Below are positions 1 through 10,114 of a stretch of 64,000 bases of DNA, piece after piece. The notes beneath the pieces were generated by a model. The model searched no databases and was not told where the DNA came from. It saw only the letters and a list, made by a program, of their open reading frames with translations. How positions within the stretch are numbered: position 1 is the first letter of the stretch; every line of letters starts with the position of its first letter. The position numbers and the translations under genes were made by a program. The stretch is from a virus. The stretch covers positions 29,778 to 93,777 of the IMG/VR virus record IMGVR_UViG_3300028569_000021, one strand, 5' to 3'.

Positions 1-10
1 GATAGTAAAA

Positions 11-199
11 ATGGAAGAATTTAAAAAATTTATTAACGATCCTAAGTCTGACTCTATTCAGGTAAAACTTCAAAACGCGTCTTGTGATTCTTTATTTGAA
101 AAAATTGCAAGCTCTGAACATAAGAGACTTTCCAGGGTTGCAATGGAGCTAAGTGGTATTATTGAAGCTTTTAGAGGTTATCAGAACGCAGGCGAATAA
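11..199 (+). CDS. 3' part of a hypothetical protein, probably truncated at the window edge
   Basis: ORF track; frame is open back to the window edge; stop abuts the convergent primase stop. Confidence 0.5.
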   Translation: MEEFKKFINDPKSDSIQVKLQNASCDSLFEKIASSEHKRLSRVAMELSGIIEAFRGYQNAGE

Positions 200-1222
200 T
201 TACCCACTTGCAAGTAATTTACCTTTTAACCCGCTATAACTATTTTCTAAAATAATAGAAGCGTTAATACTATCTACATTATTATCACAACAGTAGTCAT
301 TTAAGTCTTTATATTTGCTCATTGTCTCTGGCCATATAAAAACTCTCTCACCTCTATCTAGTAATTTTTTTGTTTTTTGCCTACTAGTATTATCTAAGTG
401 CTGATTATCTAAAACCCATATTTTTTCATGTAGGGGGAAATTAAGAAATTGTCTTTCCTGAGTACTAGTAAAACTTTTATCACCTTCATTAATACCAGCA
501 ATCCCTACTCCGTTTTTAATAAACATTGCATCTATAGGCCCCTCAGTAATAAAAATATAGCTATAATCTTCATCAACGTTATTTGCTCCATATAGAGCTC
601 TCTCACAACTTACTTTAGAAAGATACTTTGCCCTATCATCACTAATTAATATCTTTCTACTTTGATACCATATGATTTTATTATTAAAATCTATAAATGG
701 TATTATTAGTCTATTGCAATGCACTCTATCATTAAGAGAGGTGTATAGAGCGTTAGATCTATTAATTGCCGTTTCAAGTCTTCTTTCCTTTATGAGATTT
801 AAACATGCTTGAACAACATTGTTACTTTTGTAATACTCTAATTGTCCCGGGTCAAACAGATTAATACTATCAGAAGGTAATACTGATGTATTTTCCTTGC
901 TGTCAGTACGCTTTTTAATTACTGTTTTGTGAATTAATTCAGGATAGCTATCCTCATCAAGCTCTTTTTTAATCTCTATATAAGTCAGACCTGAAACTCT
1001 TTGTATCCAAACATAAGGATTGCTAAACCATCCACAATTATGACAACAAACAGATTTTTTAGCTACTATATAATAACATCTTCGTTTTTTAAGCCAAGAA
1101 GACCCTTCGCGACATATAGGACAAGAACCCTGATACACTTTTTGCGCCCTATTATATGTAGGTTTACCACAATAACGGTAAAATTTTGAAGCAACGTAAT
1201 CTTCTGTTAGTTGTAATAACAC
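200..1222 (-). CDS. gp61: DNA primase, T4 gp61-like
   Basis: N-terminal Zn finger CPIC...CHNC; TOPRIM motifs ITEGPIDAMF, WVLDNQ, KDLND. Confidence 0.9.
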   Translation of the reverse strand: MLLQLTEDYVASKFYRYCGKPTYNRAQKVYQGSCPICREGSSWLKKRRCYYIVAKKSVCCHNCGWFSNPYVWIQRVSGLTYIEIKKELDEDSYPELIHKTVIKKRTDSKENTSVLPSDSINLFDPGQLEYYKSNNVVQACLNLIKERRLETAINRSNALYTSLNDRVHCNRLIIPFIDFNNKIIWYQSRKILISDDRAKYLSKVSCERALYGANNVDEDYSYIFITEGPIDAMFIKNGVGIAGINEGDKSFTSTQERQFLNFPLHEKIWVLDNQHLDNTSRQKTKKLLDRGERVFIWPETMSKYKDLNDYCCDNNVDSINASIILENSYSGLKGKLLASG

Positions 1223-1253
1223 ATAATATATAATAAAATGTGTTATTTAAAAA

Positions 1254-1433
1254 TCAACTTTGTTTTAATTCTTCTACTTTAACTATACCTTTACGGATAA
1301 AAATTCCAGAAACTGGATCAATCCAATGTGCCTCTGTAATTATTCTATGACGATCTCTAATAGTTACAATTTTTGGCTCTATATATTGCCCGCTAATAGG
1401 GCTAATTATTCTCTTTGGAGTTACAGTTTCCAT
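1254..1433 (-). CDS. 59-aa hypothetical protein missing from the ORF track (METVTPKRIISPISGQ...WIDPVSG...EELKQS)
   Basis: Translated by hand; ATG at 1433 preceded by TATAAATA-N6; fills the gap before the primase. Confidence 0.65.
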   Translation of the reverse strand: METVTPKRIISPISGQYIEPKIVTIRDRHRIITEAHWIDPVSGIFIRKGIVKVEELKQS

Positions 1434-1716
1434 TTATATTATTTATACTTTTATACTCGTTTTCTACTACACAAAAGACTTTTTTAGGCAACCTCTCAAT
1501 AAAATCTATTATACCTCCTTGTATCCCTGTTTTAAAAGATTCAGCTGGTACCTGTCTTACAATTTTATCAGGCAGGGAAAAAAAATAATGTATACTGTCT
1601 TTACTTTCAAGAAAAATAAAGTATTCACCTGAATATGTACCTTTTAAAACGCAATAAATATTACCTGCTTCTAGGAAACTATGTTTTTTAGATAAAGTTT
1701 TTAAAAATTTTAACAT
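1402..1716 (-). CDS. hypothetical protein
   Basis: ORF in a co-directional operon, overlapping its neighbours. Confidence 0.6.
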   Translation of the reverse strand: MLKFLKTLSKKHSFLEAGNIYCVLKGTYSGEYFIFLESKDSIHYFFSLPDKIVRQVPAESFKTGIQGGIIDFIERLPKKVFCVVENEYKSINNINGNCNSKENN

Positions 1717-2551
1717 CTCTCTCTATTGACTCGTACGAATTTGGCAAAGATAAATTAAGACTTTCTATTTTTTTTGTACTAAGCGTGCAGTTGCTTCTTT
1801 TTGCCTTAGTATTAAGCATAGATGTTTCAATAAAATTCCAATTTTTGTTCTCTATACAGTTTTGCTTCATTATATCAACAACTTCTTTTGATGTTATAGG
1901 AGATTTATTAACTACATTATATATACCACCGGGTATATCTCTTAAAATAAATAAAAATCTAAACAAAAAATTATTTAAATCTGTCACACTTGTAACACTG
2001 TTCTTTTCACTAATAAGATTATCATAATTTAATATTTTTGTAAGATAATTTTTAGAAACGTTTTTAAATGTAAAAGGTATTCTTATCCTCAATATATATA
2101 CACAGTAATTATCTAAAAGAATTTCACTTGCGTGTTTACATTTACTGTAAAAACTGCTATCATTAGAATATAATCCAAAGTTTGGCTCGTCTTCCTCTGT
2201 GTAATCTTTATCTTGTCCATTATATATACAGCCGCTACCAACTTGAAGTACGGGCAATTTAAAGTCATTAGATACTTTAACTATATTAGTAGTATCTATT
2301 ACGTTTCTCTTCCAGCACTCCTGTTTATTAATCTCACACCCATCAACATTCGGTGTGCCTGTATAGCCTGAAGTATTAATAACACAATGAAATCTCTTTG
2401 AATTATTATCTAAAAATTCAGCTAGTTTTTCTGTATTAGTATAATCAAGCATAGATTTCGAATAAATTTCATATTCAAGATCCACTTCATTAAAAAAACT
2501 AGATAAATTACTACCAATAAAACCCTTACCTAATACTAATACCGTTTTCAT
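1688..2551 (-). CDS. NAD(P)-dependent nucleotide-sugar epimerase/reductase (RmlD/UER1-like SDR)
   Basis: GKGFIG Rossmann motif, GYTGTPNVDGCE, YSKCK catalytic YxxxK, LRIRIP. Confidence 0.85.
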   Translation of the reverse strand: MKTVLVLGKGFIGSNLSSFFNEVDLEYEIYSKSMLDYTNTEKLAEFLDNNSKRFHCVINTSGYTGTPNVDGCEINKQECWKRNVIDTTNIVKVSNDFKLPVLQVGSGCIYNGQDKDYTEEDEPNFGLYSNDSSFYSKCKHASEILLDNYCVYILRIRIPFTFKNVSKNYLTKILNYDNLISEKNSVTSVTDLNNFLFRFLFILRDIPGGIYNVVNKSPITSKEVVDIMKQNCIENKNWNFIETSMLNTKAKRSNCTLSTKKIESLNLSLPNSYESIERDVKIFKNFI

Positions 2552-2877
2552 TCAAAAGAATTATTATTAAAAATAAATTTGTTAATAGCTGTTGAGATAG
2601 CATCAGCTTCTAGCTGAGATGAAGCTTGAATAATATTAACAGGTTGTCCTTTAACATCATATCCAATAAGCATAAAGGGACCTAGGTATTCAGAAATATA
2701 ACCTGATAATCTATTAACTAAATCCTCCCTACTCTTAATAAAAGTTGCCTGTTTAAAAACATACTCTCTCATGGCACTCTCAAGTAATTCTTCTATTTGT
2801 GCGCGTTCTGGAGAATTTAGTTTTTTATCCATTTTACTTTTCTGCTGTTTCCTGGGCTTGTTCGGTTCCTCGTTCAT
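2548..2877 (-). CDS. hypothetical protein
   Basis: ORF track, overlapping operon. Confidence 0.65.
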   Translation of the reverse strand: MNEEPNKPRKQQKSKMDKKLNSPERAQIEELLESAMREYVFKQATFIKSREDLVNRLSGYISEYLGPFMLIGYDVKGQPVNIIQASSQLEADAISTAINKFIFNNNSFE

Positions 2878-3235
2878 TAATATCTTCCTTTCTTCTTACA
2901 GGTGACATGTAATATGGTGATGTCTTTGCATCATTGTTTACTCCATGTCTAATTAGATAGCTAATAACAACCTCAATGCTTTCTGTTTTTAAGATAAAAT
3001 TTTTAGGAAATCTAACGCCACCGTCATTGACTTCAAACATTACATCACCGTTAAAATTCTTATTACTAAAACAAGTTACAAACGTGGAAGACTTACCTGG
3101 GTCAACTAATATAGTCCATCTTCTTGGATCTTGAATACTATAGCCGTTAAAAAGTTTTAAGACAATAAATCCGTTATCTCTTAATCTTTTACAAAAATAG
3201 GCCGGTGTTTTGATGGAATTTTTTGGTTTTTTCAT
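2834..3235 (-). CDS. hypothetical protein
   Basis: ORF track, overlapping operon. Confidence 0.65.
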   Translation of the reverse strand: MKKPKNSIKTPAYFCKRLRDNGFIVLKLFNGYSIQDPRRWTILVDPGKSSTFVTCFSNKNFNGDVMFEVNDGGVRFPKNFILKTESIEVVISYLIRHGVNNDAKTSPYYMSPVRRKEDINERGTEQAQETAEK

Positions 3236-3963
3236 TTTGTAAGTGCAGAGACGATGTATTTAGACTTAACTGTATTATTTTCAAATACAAAAAGTATAAC
3301 CCCTAATTTAGAAGATATTTTGCAGCTCAATGTATTAAATTTACTTGAACTCAGGGTACGAAAAATTTCAAAATTTAAACAAAGATCTTTAATTTCTTTG
3401 CCTTGAAAATTATCAGAAACGTTAATTTCAAAACAATCAATATTAAATTTTGTTTTATCAGTTAAATTACCTTTCAATAAATTACCGGTAGAAGTAATGT
3501 AAATTTTATTAGAATCTGATGAGAAAGTACTACCTTTTATAAGGTCATTAAGAGCCCTGTCTGTAACAGTAAAAGTACAATCAAATTCTAGGTCCTCTAG
3601 CTTTTGAACGTTAATTTTTGGTTGTGTAATGATACCGTCTTCGAAAAGATGATACTTAAATTGAATGTTATTGTCAGAGTAATTAATATTATTATTCTTA
3701 ATATTAAACACTATATCTTCTTCGTCAATACAATCAAAAGCTCTAATAAGCTTTTTTATATCTCCTACATTCAAGGTAAGTGTATCTACACAATCTTCTG
3801 TCTTAATATTTAACTGAGTTGCTAAGATAATTGAACTATCAGGTGAGCATGTTACGCAACTGATAAAATTGCTACCTGCTTTAATTACCGCACTGTCAGA
3901 AATTTTACCAATTTGTTCAAGAAAGTTTCTCTTGAATTGTTGATTGTTAATAAAGATTCGCAT
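3232..3963 (-). CDS. gp45: probable sliding clamp, T4 gp45-like
   Basis: 243 aa with repeating beta-alpha clamp-like pattern (GDIKKLIRAFD, IQFKYHL, YIVSAL C-terminus); replication-module context. Confidence 0.65.
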   Translation of the reverse strand: MRIFINNQQFKRNFLEQIGKISDSAVIKAGSNFISCVTCSPDSSIILATQLNIKTEDCVDTLTLNVGDIKKLIRAFDCIDEEDIVFNIKNNNINYSDNNIQFKYHLFEDGIITQPKINVQKLEDLEFDCTFTVTDRALNDLIKGSTFSSDSNKIYITSTGNLLKGNLTDKTKFNIDCFEINVSDNFQGKEIKDLCLNFEIFRTLSSSKFNTLSCKISSKLGVILFVFENNTVKSKYIVSALTK

Positions 3964-3970
3964 GTATTAA

Positions 3971-4432
3971 TTAGTTTTTTTTTGTACTTAATTCTTTGTA
4001 AAGTAGGTCAATTTTTTCTTGTAAATTTTTAATATTTTTGTTTATATTTTTAAGTTCACATTGAAGATCTTCTGGTGTAATTTTTTTATAAAAATCAAAC
4101 TCTAGTTGATTAGGATCGTAATTAACCGTTGCTTGAGATTGTTCAGACAGATTTGTAGATATATTAGTTACTGCATGCAATTGCGGTTGAGACAAGCCCT
4201 GTAGCACTGGCTGTTGAGTTACAACAGGTGCTACAGGGGTAAAAGCAGTATTAAATTCATTAACCATTCTGTTGACATCAAGCCTTAGACCTGATACATT
4301 GCCACCACTACCTACAATATTTTTATCTATATCCTTCATCTCTGCAGTAGTCATACCTAACAACCTCAGAGCCATAATTCTAGGATCTGCAGGAAGGGTT
4401 TCTACTTCAAGAGGGTCAATGCTTTGATTCAT
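3971..4432 (-). CDS. hypothetical protein with C-terminal coiled coil
   Basis: ORF track; heptad-like C-terminus. Confidence 0.6.
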   Translation of the reverse strand: MNQSIDPLEVETLPADPRIMALRLLGMTTAEMKDIDKNIVGSGGNVSGLRLDVNRMVNEFNTAFTPVAPVVTQQPVLQGLSQPQLHAVTNISTNLSEQSQATVNYDPNQLEFDFYKKITPEDLQCELKNINKNIKNLQEKIDLLYKELSTKKN

Positions 4433-4440
4433 ATTATTTC

Positions 4441-5325
4441 TTAAAGATCATCAAAACCGTTAAGCAGTTCATTAATTTTATTTTCATCAATAAAGCTATC
4501 CACACTGCTCGAATCATCCTTAACTTCATTCTTAATTACTGGCTTAGGTGTATCTACTACAGCAGAAACTTGAGATCTTACTTCCGGAGTACTACTTGAC
4601 TTAAGGGAAGAGCTATTAGTACAATAAAAATGCTCATCGAGAAGAGCTTGAATTTCATCAAAACTCTTAACAGCAAGTACTGCAGTGAGGTCATTAGTAC
4701 TATCATATATGGTATTAATCTTATCGTCAGTAAGTCCTTCAATAGCTTTAGGAAGTGAAAATTTACTACTTACGTAAGTTGGATATTCGCCTTGTTTTTC
4801 TGCCTTAATAATAAAGTTACACCCATTAGGAGACATATCAAAAATTCTTGGACCGAAATCTTCTGAGCCTTCCCCTTCCATTGCATCAACAATAATTTTA
4901 TGAAGCTGCTTACCGTAACGAATAATCATAATCTTATTTTCGTTTTCTGAATTACTAGGATCTTTTACGATATAAGCATTGACAAGCCACTTCTCACTAC
5001 GCATTACCGAAGATGCACGACTCTTGAGGTCTTCGGTCTCACTATCATTACGCATAATGCGATATTTTGCCTCTAACACAGGGTCTCTTTCACCGAAAGT
5101 AGAAGGACTAACGTAGCTAATATACTGACCAGTAGAAAATGAAGTCCAACCTACCGAATAGTAGTGAAAGAAGGACTTATCTGGGGTTTTAATATTAGGT
5201 AGGAGCCTAACTGTGTAGTTATTACCTGGGGTAAGCTTAAGAATATCCTTATAGGATGAGTTCTGAGTATTTTTTTGAAGTGCGCTTTTAATGCTTTCAA
5301 ACATCGATGGTGTGAATTTATTCAT
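4441..5325 (-). CDS. gp32: single-stranded DNA-binding protein, T4 gp32-like
   Basis: VRLLP, NAYIVKDPSNSENENK, RYGKQL, YPTYVSSKF motifs; acidic tail. Confidence 0.85.
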   Translation of the reverse strand: MNKFTPSMFESIKSALQKNTQNSSYKDILKLTPGNNYTVRLLPNIKTPDKSFFHYYSVGWTSFSTGQYISYVSPSTFGERDPVLEAKYRIMRNDSETEDLKSRASSVMRSEKWLVNAYIVKDPSNSENENKIMIIRYGKQLHKIIVDAMEGEGSEDFGPRIFDMSPNGCNFIIKAEKQGEYPTYVSSKFSLPKAIEGLTDDKINTIYDSTNDLTAVLAVKSFDEIQALLDEHFYCTNSSSLKSSSTPEVRSQVSAVVDTPKPVIKNEVKDDSSSVDSFIDENKINELLNGFDDL

Positions 5326-5355
5326 ATAATTAATGTATAGTATTTTTGTTAATAA

Positions 5356-6018
5356 TCAAGTTGTTTTTTGTTGTATTTTTTGTTCTATTATTTTTAATCC
5401 TGTTATTGCTATATTTTTTGTTGTTTTTGATGAGTAAAATTTTGTTCTAAAAAATGAAATTCTTGAAGCTAAATCGTTTAAAATAAACTTTAGAATGGAA
5501 TAATCAATACTAGAATAAACTTTATCAAATTCTTTAAATGGAAATAAGTTGTATATGGATATGTTTTTTTCTTTTAAATGTACTACAAAACTATTAACAT
5601 TTGCACCTGGTTCCTTATATTTTAAGTAATCAGATAAATTAATTTGTTTAGTAATGCAAAATTTTTTAATAAAATTGATACCTCTAAGAACTGCTTCTTG
5701 TTGAACCTCGCAATCAGGTTCTAAATTCTTTTTTTTATCACAGAATAAATTATATACCTTTACTGCCGTCATGGAGTTATAAAAATCCAAGTCATAAAAT
5801 CCTTCTTCCTCATATACTTCATATGGAGCTGTAAAATAATCTTCTACATTTACAATATAATTACGGTCAAAAAAGCTTTTTAATTTAATTAAAAGATTAT
5901 AATGTTTATGATTTTCAAAGTCTTCCCAATTAGATCTAAGCTTATAAGGCTTATCCTGCTTTTTTCTGGATATTCTCAAAAAGGTATTGTAAAGTTCCTG
6001 TATATTAGTATCTCTCAT
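5356..6018 (-). CDS. hypothetical protein, possibly gp59-like helicase loader
   Basis: Size (220 aa), basic/aromatic composition and position upstream of gp32; no decisive motif. Confidence 0.4.
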   Translation of the reverse strand: MRDTNIQELYNTFLRISRKKQDKPYKLRSNWEDFENHKHYNLLIKLKSFFDRNYIVNVEDYFTAPYEVYEEEGFYDLDFYNSMTAVKVYNLFCDKKKNLEPDCEVQQEAVLRGINFIKKFCITKQINLSDYLKYKEPGANVNSFVVHLKEKNISIYNLFPFKEFDKVYSSIDYSILKFILNDLASRISFFRTKFYSSKTTKNIAITGLKIIEQKIQQKTT

Positions 6019-6293
6019 TTAAAAACACTCTTACCTTTTAGGTTATTAAGATATTTCATTATATACTTACTTTTGTAAAGTACAGGGTCAAATTCAAGAA
6101 ATATTTTTATAGCTTCAAAATCAGTATATATAGAGAGTAGTTCTTTAAAAAAATCTCTAACTTTTTTATTCTGTAGATACAGAAGTAGAATGTTAGCTGT
6201 ATTAAATTTTTTATTTCTAGTGAGACACATATAGCTACAAAACACTCTAAAGAGATGATTGTTTTCTCTATATTCTAATTCTTTATTAATCAT
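6015..6293 (-). CDS. hypothetical protein
   Basis: ORF track, coupled overlaps. Confidence 0.6.
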   Translation of the reverse strand: MINKELEYRENNHLFRVFCSYMCLTRNKKFNTANILLLYLQNKKVRDFFKELLSIYTDFEAIKIFLEFDPVLYKSKYIMKYLNNLKGKSVFK

Positions 6294-7195
6294 ATAAATC
6301 TATCCATTTGGTTAAGGAGTTTACTAAATTCAAGAAACTCTTGAGTTATCAGACCGCCTGCTGCAGCCTCATGTCCTCCGCCCTTGCATATTCTTGAAGC
6401 CAGTTTACTTACATCAATAATACTGTCCTTGCTTCTTCTAAAACTTACAGTCTCAGTCCTCGGATTAACTATAATTCCGACCTCACTCTTTGTTAAATTT
6501 AAAATTTCATAAGCAAATTCGTTAATGCAAAAATCGGCCATAACAGAGCAAACCTTAACTTCCCTTTTACCAAAAGTTATACCTGCAGAGTAAATTGGAG
6601 TTATTTCTAAATGCTTTTTGATCTTATTTTTGTAAAACAATATTATTTTATGTTCATCATTAGTAAAGGGTATAAATCCGTTATAATATTTTTCGGCAAA
6701 TTTTTCTAATCGATTACCCTGAAGGTTCCAAAAAAGGGTATTTAAACCTACAGAGAGGTCTTTATTTTTTAAAGTATAGCTATCATAATCATGCCCTATA
6801 GAAACTAATAATTTTTTATTTTGATCTAGATCTCTATTATATTTTTCTTTTAATTTTTTATATAAAAACTTGCATGCGCTACCTTCATTCTCTATGAATA
6901 CTTTTGCATGTTTAAATTGATAGGTACAATTAATGCTGCCTAGATGATGATCAAAAATAGTTATATTTGGTTTATCATATAATTCAGGTGTTCTAGAAAT
7001 ATCAATATCTAAAATATAAACTCTACTATAATTATTAATATCATTATTATTTAAAAATTGTTCAAGGTCTTTCTTTAAATTTTTTTCTGTGGTAACTGTA
7101 ACATTTAATTTTTTTTCCATGAACCAGCACGATGTTAAATAGCATACTGCACCATCTAAATCTGCGTCAGTGAAGACATGTATTCCTTTACTCAT
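6290..7195 (-). CDS. DHH/DHHA1 family phosphoesterase
   Basis: DADLDG, ILDI, FDHH and GGGHEAAAG motifs. Confidence 0.9.
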   Translation of the reverse strand: MSKGIHVFTDADLDGAVCYLTSCWFMEKKLNVTVTTEKNLKKDLEQFLNNNDINNYSRVYILDIDISRTPELYDKPNITIFDHHLGSINCTYQFKHAKVFIENEGSACKFLYKKLKEKYNRDLDQNKKLLVSIGHDYDSYTLKNKDLSVGLNTLFWNLQGNRLEKFAEKYYNGFIPFTNDEHKIILFYKNKIKKHLEITPIYSAGITFGKREVKVCSVMADFCINEFAYEILNLTKSEVGIIVNPRTETVSFRRSKDSIIDVSKLASRICKGGGHEAAAGGLITQEFLEFSKLLNQMDRFI

Positions 7196-7219
7196 TACCG
7201 TACTTAGTTTATAATATTG

Positions 7220-8545
7220 TTAATCAACTAATTGACTAATGGACCTTGAGAAGTCCAATGTTTCTGCTGTACCTGTAATAATATCGTCTTCATTAATAGT
7301 AAGAGTGTGATAATCAATTCTAAGAGGTATAAAACCATGATTAGGTCCAAATCTATTCTTAACTATACCTAGATTTACTATACCTAACTCCTTATCCTCA
7401 TCTCTTTGCCATATGCTAAAAATAGCATCTGCAGTTGCTGCTAATCCAGTACTTTCAGATATAGTTTCTAGACCCGGTTGATCCATTCCGTATCCTGATC
7501 TATTAATTTGTGTTGCGCTAATTACAGGACAATTAAATTCATAACTCATAGCTCTAACTTTTTCGGAAATATTTTTAATTCGTTCATAACTATTATTACC
7601 AACAGGGGAGTTAAGCAGATTAATATAATCCAATACAATAGCATCAGGTCTAAAGCCAGACTGTACAATCTTTTTAATAAAAGCACTTACTTGACCTGGG
7701 CTAATTGTTGAGGGTGGAAATTCTTTAATGAGTACTGCAGACTTTTTATCTTTTTCTCTCGTCTCAATAAGAAGTTGCTTAAGAGTCTGACTATCTGCTC
7801 TTAGATTACTCATAGGGATTTTAGTAATAGAAGAAGCCAAGCGCTTTGCATACATTATTTCAGACATCTCAAAGGTGAGTAGCAATACTTTCTTACCTTT
7901 GAGTGCAATATTGGTAGCAATATTACCTAAAAATATACTCTTACCTACATTTGTTTCACCCATAAACAAATACAGAGACCTACCATTCTCAAAAAACCCC
8001 CCTCCTAGCTTTTCATCGAGCCACTTCCAGCCAGAAGAAATAACAGGTTCGTCCCTATTAAGTTCTTTAATAAAATAATCTACATCATGAAGCAGATTAG
8101 TACCTTGGCTTGTTGATAGATCGATATTAACAGCTTTTTCTATTTTCTGCAGAAGCTTATTAGTATCTAAGTTTTTTGAATCTAACTTATCAGCTGCTTC
8201 TAAGAGAGTATTAAAAACATGCCTCTCTTTCAAGAAAACTTCCGTATTACTATATAGCTCTTCTTTATTAAATCTTTTGTCTATATCTACTAATTTAGAC
8301 AGTACGGTTTTAAAACTTTGCTTTAGATTATCATCGCTTAAATATGCTTTAATTTCAGTATTGGTAGGTAAACATCCCCTATCTTTAAAGAAATCAGTAA
8401 GAATACTAATGACAGACTTAATATCTTTGTTTTTAAATATAGCAGGTGTAATATAATCACATACACTTGAAATATACGAACTATCTACAAGACAATTGTA
8501 GAAGATGATATGCTCATAAAGCTCTTGATCTATTTGTTTTTCCAC
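7220..8545 (-). CDS. gp41: replicative helicase, T4 gp41/DnaB-like
   Basis: Walker A GETNVGKS, TFEMS, LDYINLL, SATQINR, KNRFG. Confidence 0.93.
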   Translation of the reverse strand: MEKQIDQELYEHIIFYNCLVDSSYISSVCDYITPAIFKNKDIKSVISILTDFFKDRGCLPTNTEIKAYLSDDNLKQSFKTVLSKLVDIDKRFNKEELYSNTEVFLKERHVFNTLLEAADKLDSKNLDTNKLLQKIEKAVNIDLSTSQGTNLLHDVDYFIKELNRDEPVISSGWKWLDEKLGGGFFENGRSLYLFMGETNVGKSIFLGNIATNIALKGKKVLLLTFEMSEIMYAKRLASSITKIPMSNLRADSQTLKQLLIETREKDKKSAVLIKEFPPSTISPGQVSAFIKKIVQSGFRPDAIVLDYINLLNSPVGNNSYERIKNISEKVRAMSYEFNCPVISATQINRSGYGMDQPGLETISESTGLAATADAIFSIWQRDEDKELGIVNLGIVKNRFGPNHGFIPLRIDYHTLTINEDDIITGTAETLDFSRSISQLVD

Positions 8546-9204
8546 TTTTTAATAAAATTATCGTTACTGACATTCCAACTCGAGTTAAAATCCTTTAAAC
8601 CAGGTGATTTATGGTTTATAAGAATTGGCCACACACCTATTTTAAGTGAACTTTTGTTACATTGCAAGCTAAAGTCAATATCATAGTGATGAAATTTAAA
8701 ATCTTCATCAAATTTAATATTAGAGTCAATAATCTTCTGTAAATTTATAGCCATAAAAACCCCGTCTATAATAGCCACTCTTGATGGGGTAGGGCCAAAG
8801 GAAGTAACATAGAAAGAGTCACTTGCTTCATCTATAGGATGACCTGCAATACCTCTAAAGTTTTTTTTATCCCCTGCCATCCAGTGCCATAGATTCCTTT
8901 CTATAATTTTTGGATTTACACAACCTGCAACTCCTAAGACATCATAAGTTTTTAAACCTTGCTCTACTTGAGAAAATACATCATTATTGATAATTTGAAC
9001 ATCATCATGACAAAATATTAATGTGTTTATTTTAGGCTGTTCTTTGTATTTTTCTATGCACTCATTATAGAATTGACTCAGTCCTTTCTTACCATCATTA
9101 TGTTGTTCAAAGCAAATATTACATATATTATTTTTTAAAGTAGATTTGTAAAGAATAGTATCAAAGAAATTATTTTTTGTAATGCTACAAATTACTGTAT
9201 TCAT
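8530..9204 (-). CDS. glycosyltransferase-like protein (GT-A fold)
   Basis: FCHDDV, GVAG, IDGVFMA, FHHYDIDFSL. Confidence 0.75.
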   Translation of the reverse strand: MNTVICSITKNNFFDTILYKSTLKNNICNICFEQHNDGKKGLSQFYNECIEKYKEQPKINTLIFCHDDVQIINNDVFSQVEQGLKTYDVLGVAGCVNPKIIERNLWHWMAGDKKNFRGIAGHPIDEASDSFYVTSFGPTPSRVAIIDGVFMAINLQKIIDSNIKFDEDFKFHHYDIDFSLQCNKSSLKIGVWPILINHKSPGLKDFNSSWNVSNDNFIKKWKNK

Positions 9205-9238
9205 ACAAATATTATATACTAAACCATAAATAATTCAA

Positions 9239-10114
9239 ATGAATAATGACATCCATAAAATTTTCGAAACTTATAGTAGACATAGGAACAATTTACTTAA
9301 TGAAAACGTTCCCGTAGAAATAGAAGGAGGATATGGTGGCACAGGAGAAGAAGTAACTGCAGAATTTCCTGAATTATCTAAAGGTAAATATGATCTTTCT
9401 CCTGATGAAACAAAAGCTGTTTTTAGTAAGTTTTTTCAAAAATTTAGAAGTATGGGTGGAAGATCTCCAAAATTATATAAGGATTTTTATGAGATGGAGA
9501 TAGGACCTGTAATAAGAGAAGTCAAGCCTTCCATTAATAATACAAATGCAAAGTATTCTTCAAGGGTTTTATACAATGCGTTGAAGGCTGCTAAAGTTTT
9601 AAGAGATGAAAGAGACGGTTTAACATCAGGTGTAAAGTTAGAGAAAAAGCCTTCACCTGCTGGTGTTGAGAAACTAGCAGAATATACCTTTAAAAAAGCA
9701 GGTGAGTTAGGTAATACGGAAGAAGAGGAAACTGAAGGTATTACAGGACAGCAAGGCGAAGGTATCGATGATCCCGCAATGAAGCGCTTTTGGATTAAAA
9801 TTCTTGATGAAGGTGACTATACAAGAGATGAATTAATAAGAATGTATATTGAAGATAATCCTGATGTGGATGATAATGATGCAAAAATGTCTATATCTTC
9901 TCTTATAAGCACAGGTTACTTAGTTAAATCCGGTACTAACCAGTTTAAAGCTGCAGACCCTGAGGAACAGTCGGATGAGAGAGAGGCTAAAGAAGGTGAA
10001 GGTACTGGTGAAATTACTTCAGGTTATGAAGATGAAGATGTCGCAGACATGGATAAGGATGAATGGGGCGGGGTTCATGTAGGTGGATGGCGCGGTGAAG
10101 GAGATATGAATTAA
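9239..10114 (+). CDS. acidic hypothetical late protein, possible head-internal protein
   Basis: TAAATA-N6-ATG; leader MNNDIHKIFETY...LLNE. Confidence 0.65.
   Translation: MNNDIHKIFETYSRHRNNLLNENVPVEIEGGYGGTGEEVTAEFPELSKGKYDLSPDETKAVFSKFFQKFRSMGGRSPKLYKDFYEMEIGPVIREVKPSINNTNAKYSSRVLYNALKAAKVLRDERDGLTSGVKLEKKPSPAGVEKLAEYTFKKAGELGNTEEEETEGITGQQGEGIDDPAMKRFWIKILDEGDYTRDELIRMYIEDNPDVDDNDAKMSISSLISTGYLVKSGTNQFKAADPEEQSDEREAKEGEGTGEITSGYEDEDVADMDKDEWGGVHVGGWRGEGDMN

Noticed and set aside
4441-4480. gp32 tail (INELLNGFDDL) as a member of the C-terminal tag family
   Set aside because: Acidic-hydrophobic tails are normal for gp32 and it lacks the F-x-D-x-x-x-E-L spacing; mimicry cannot be excluded but is unsupported.
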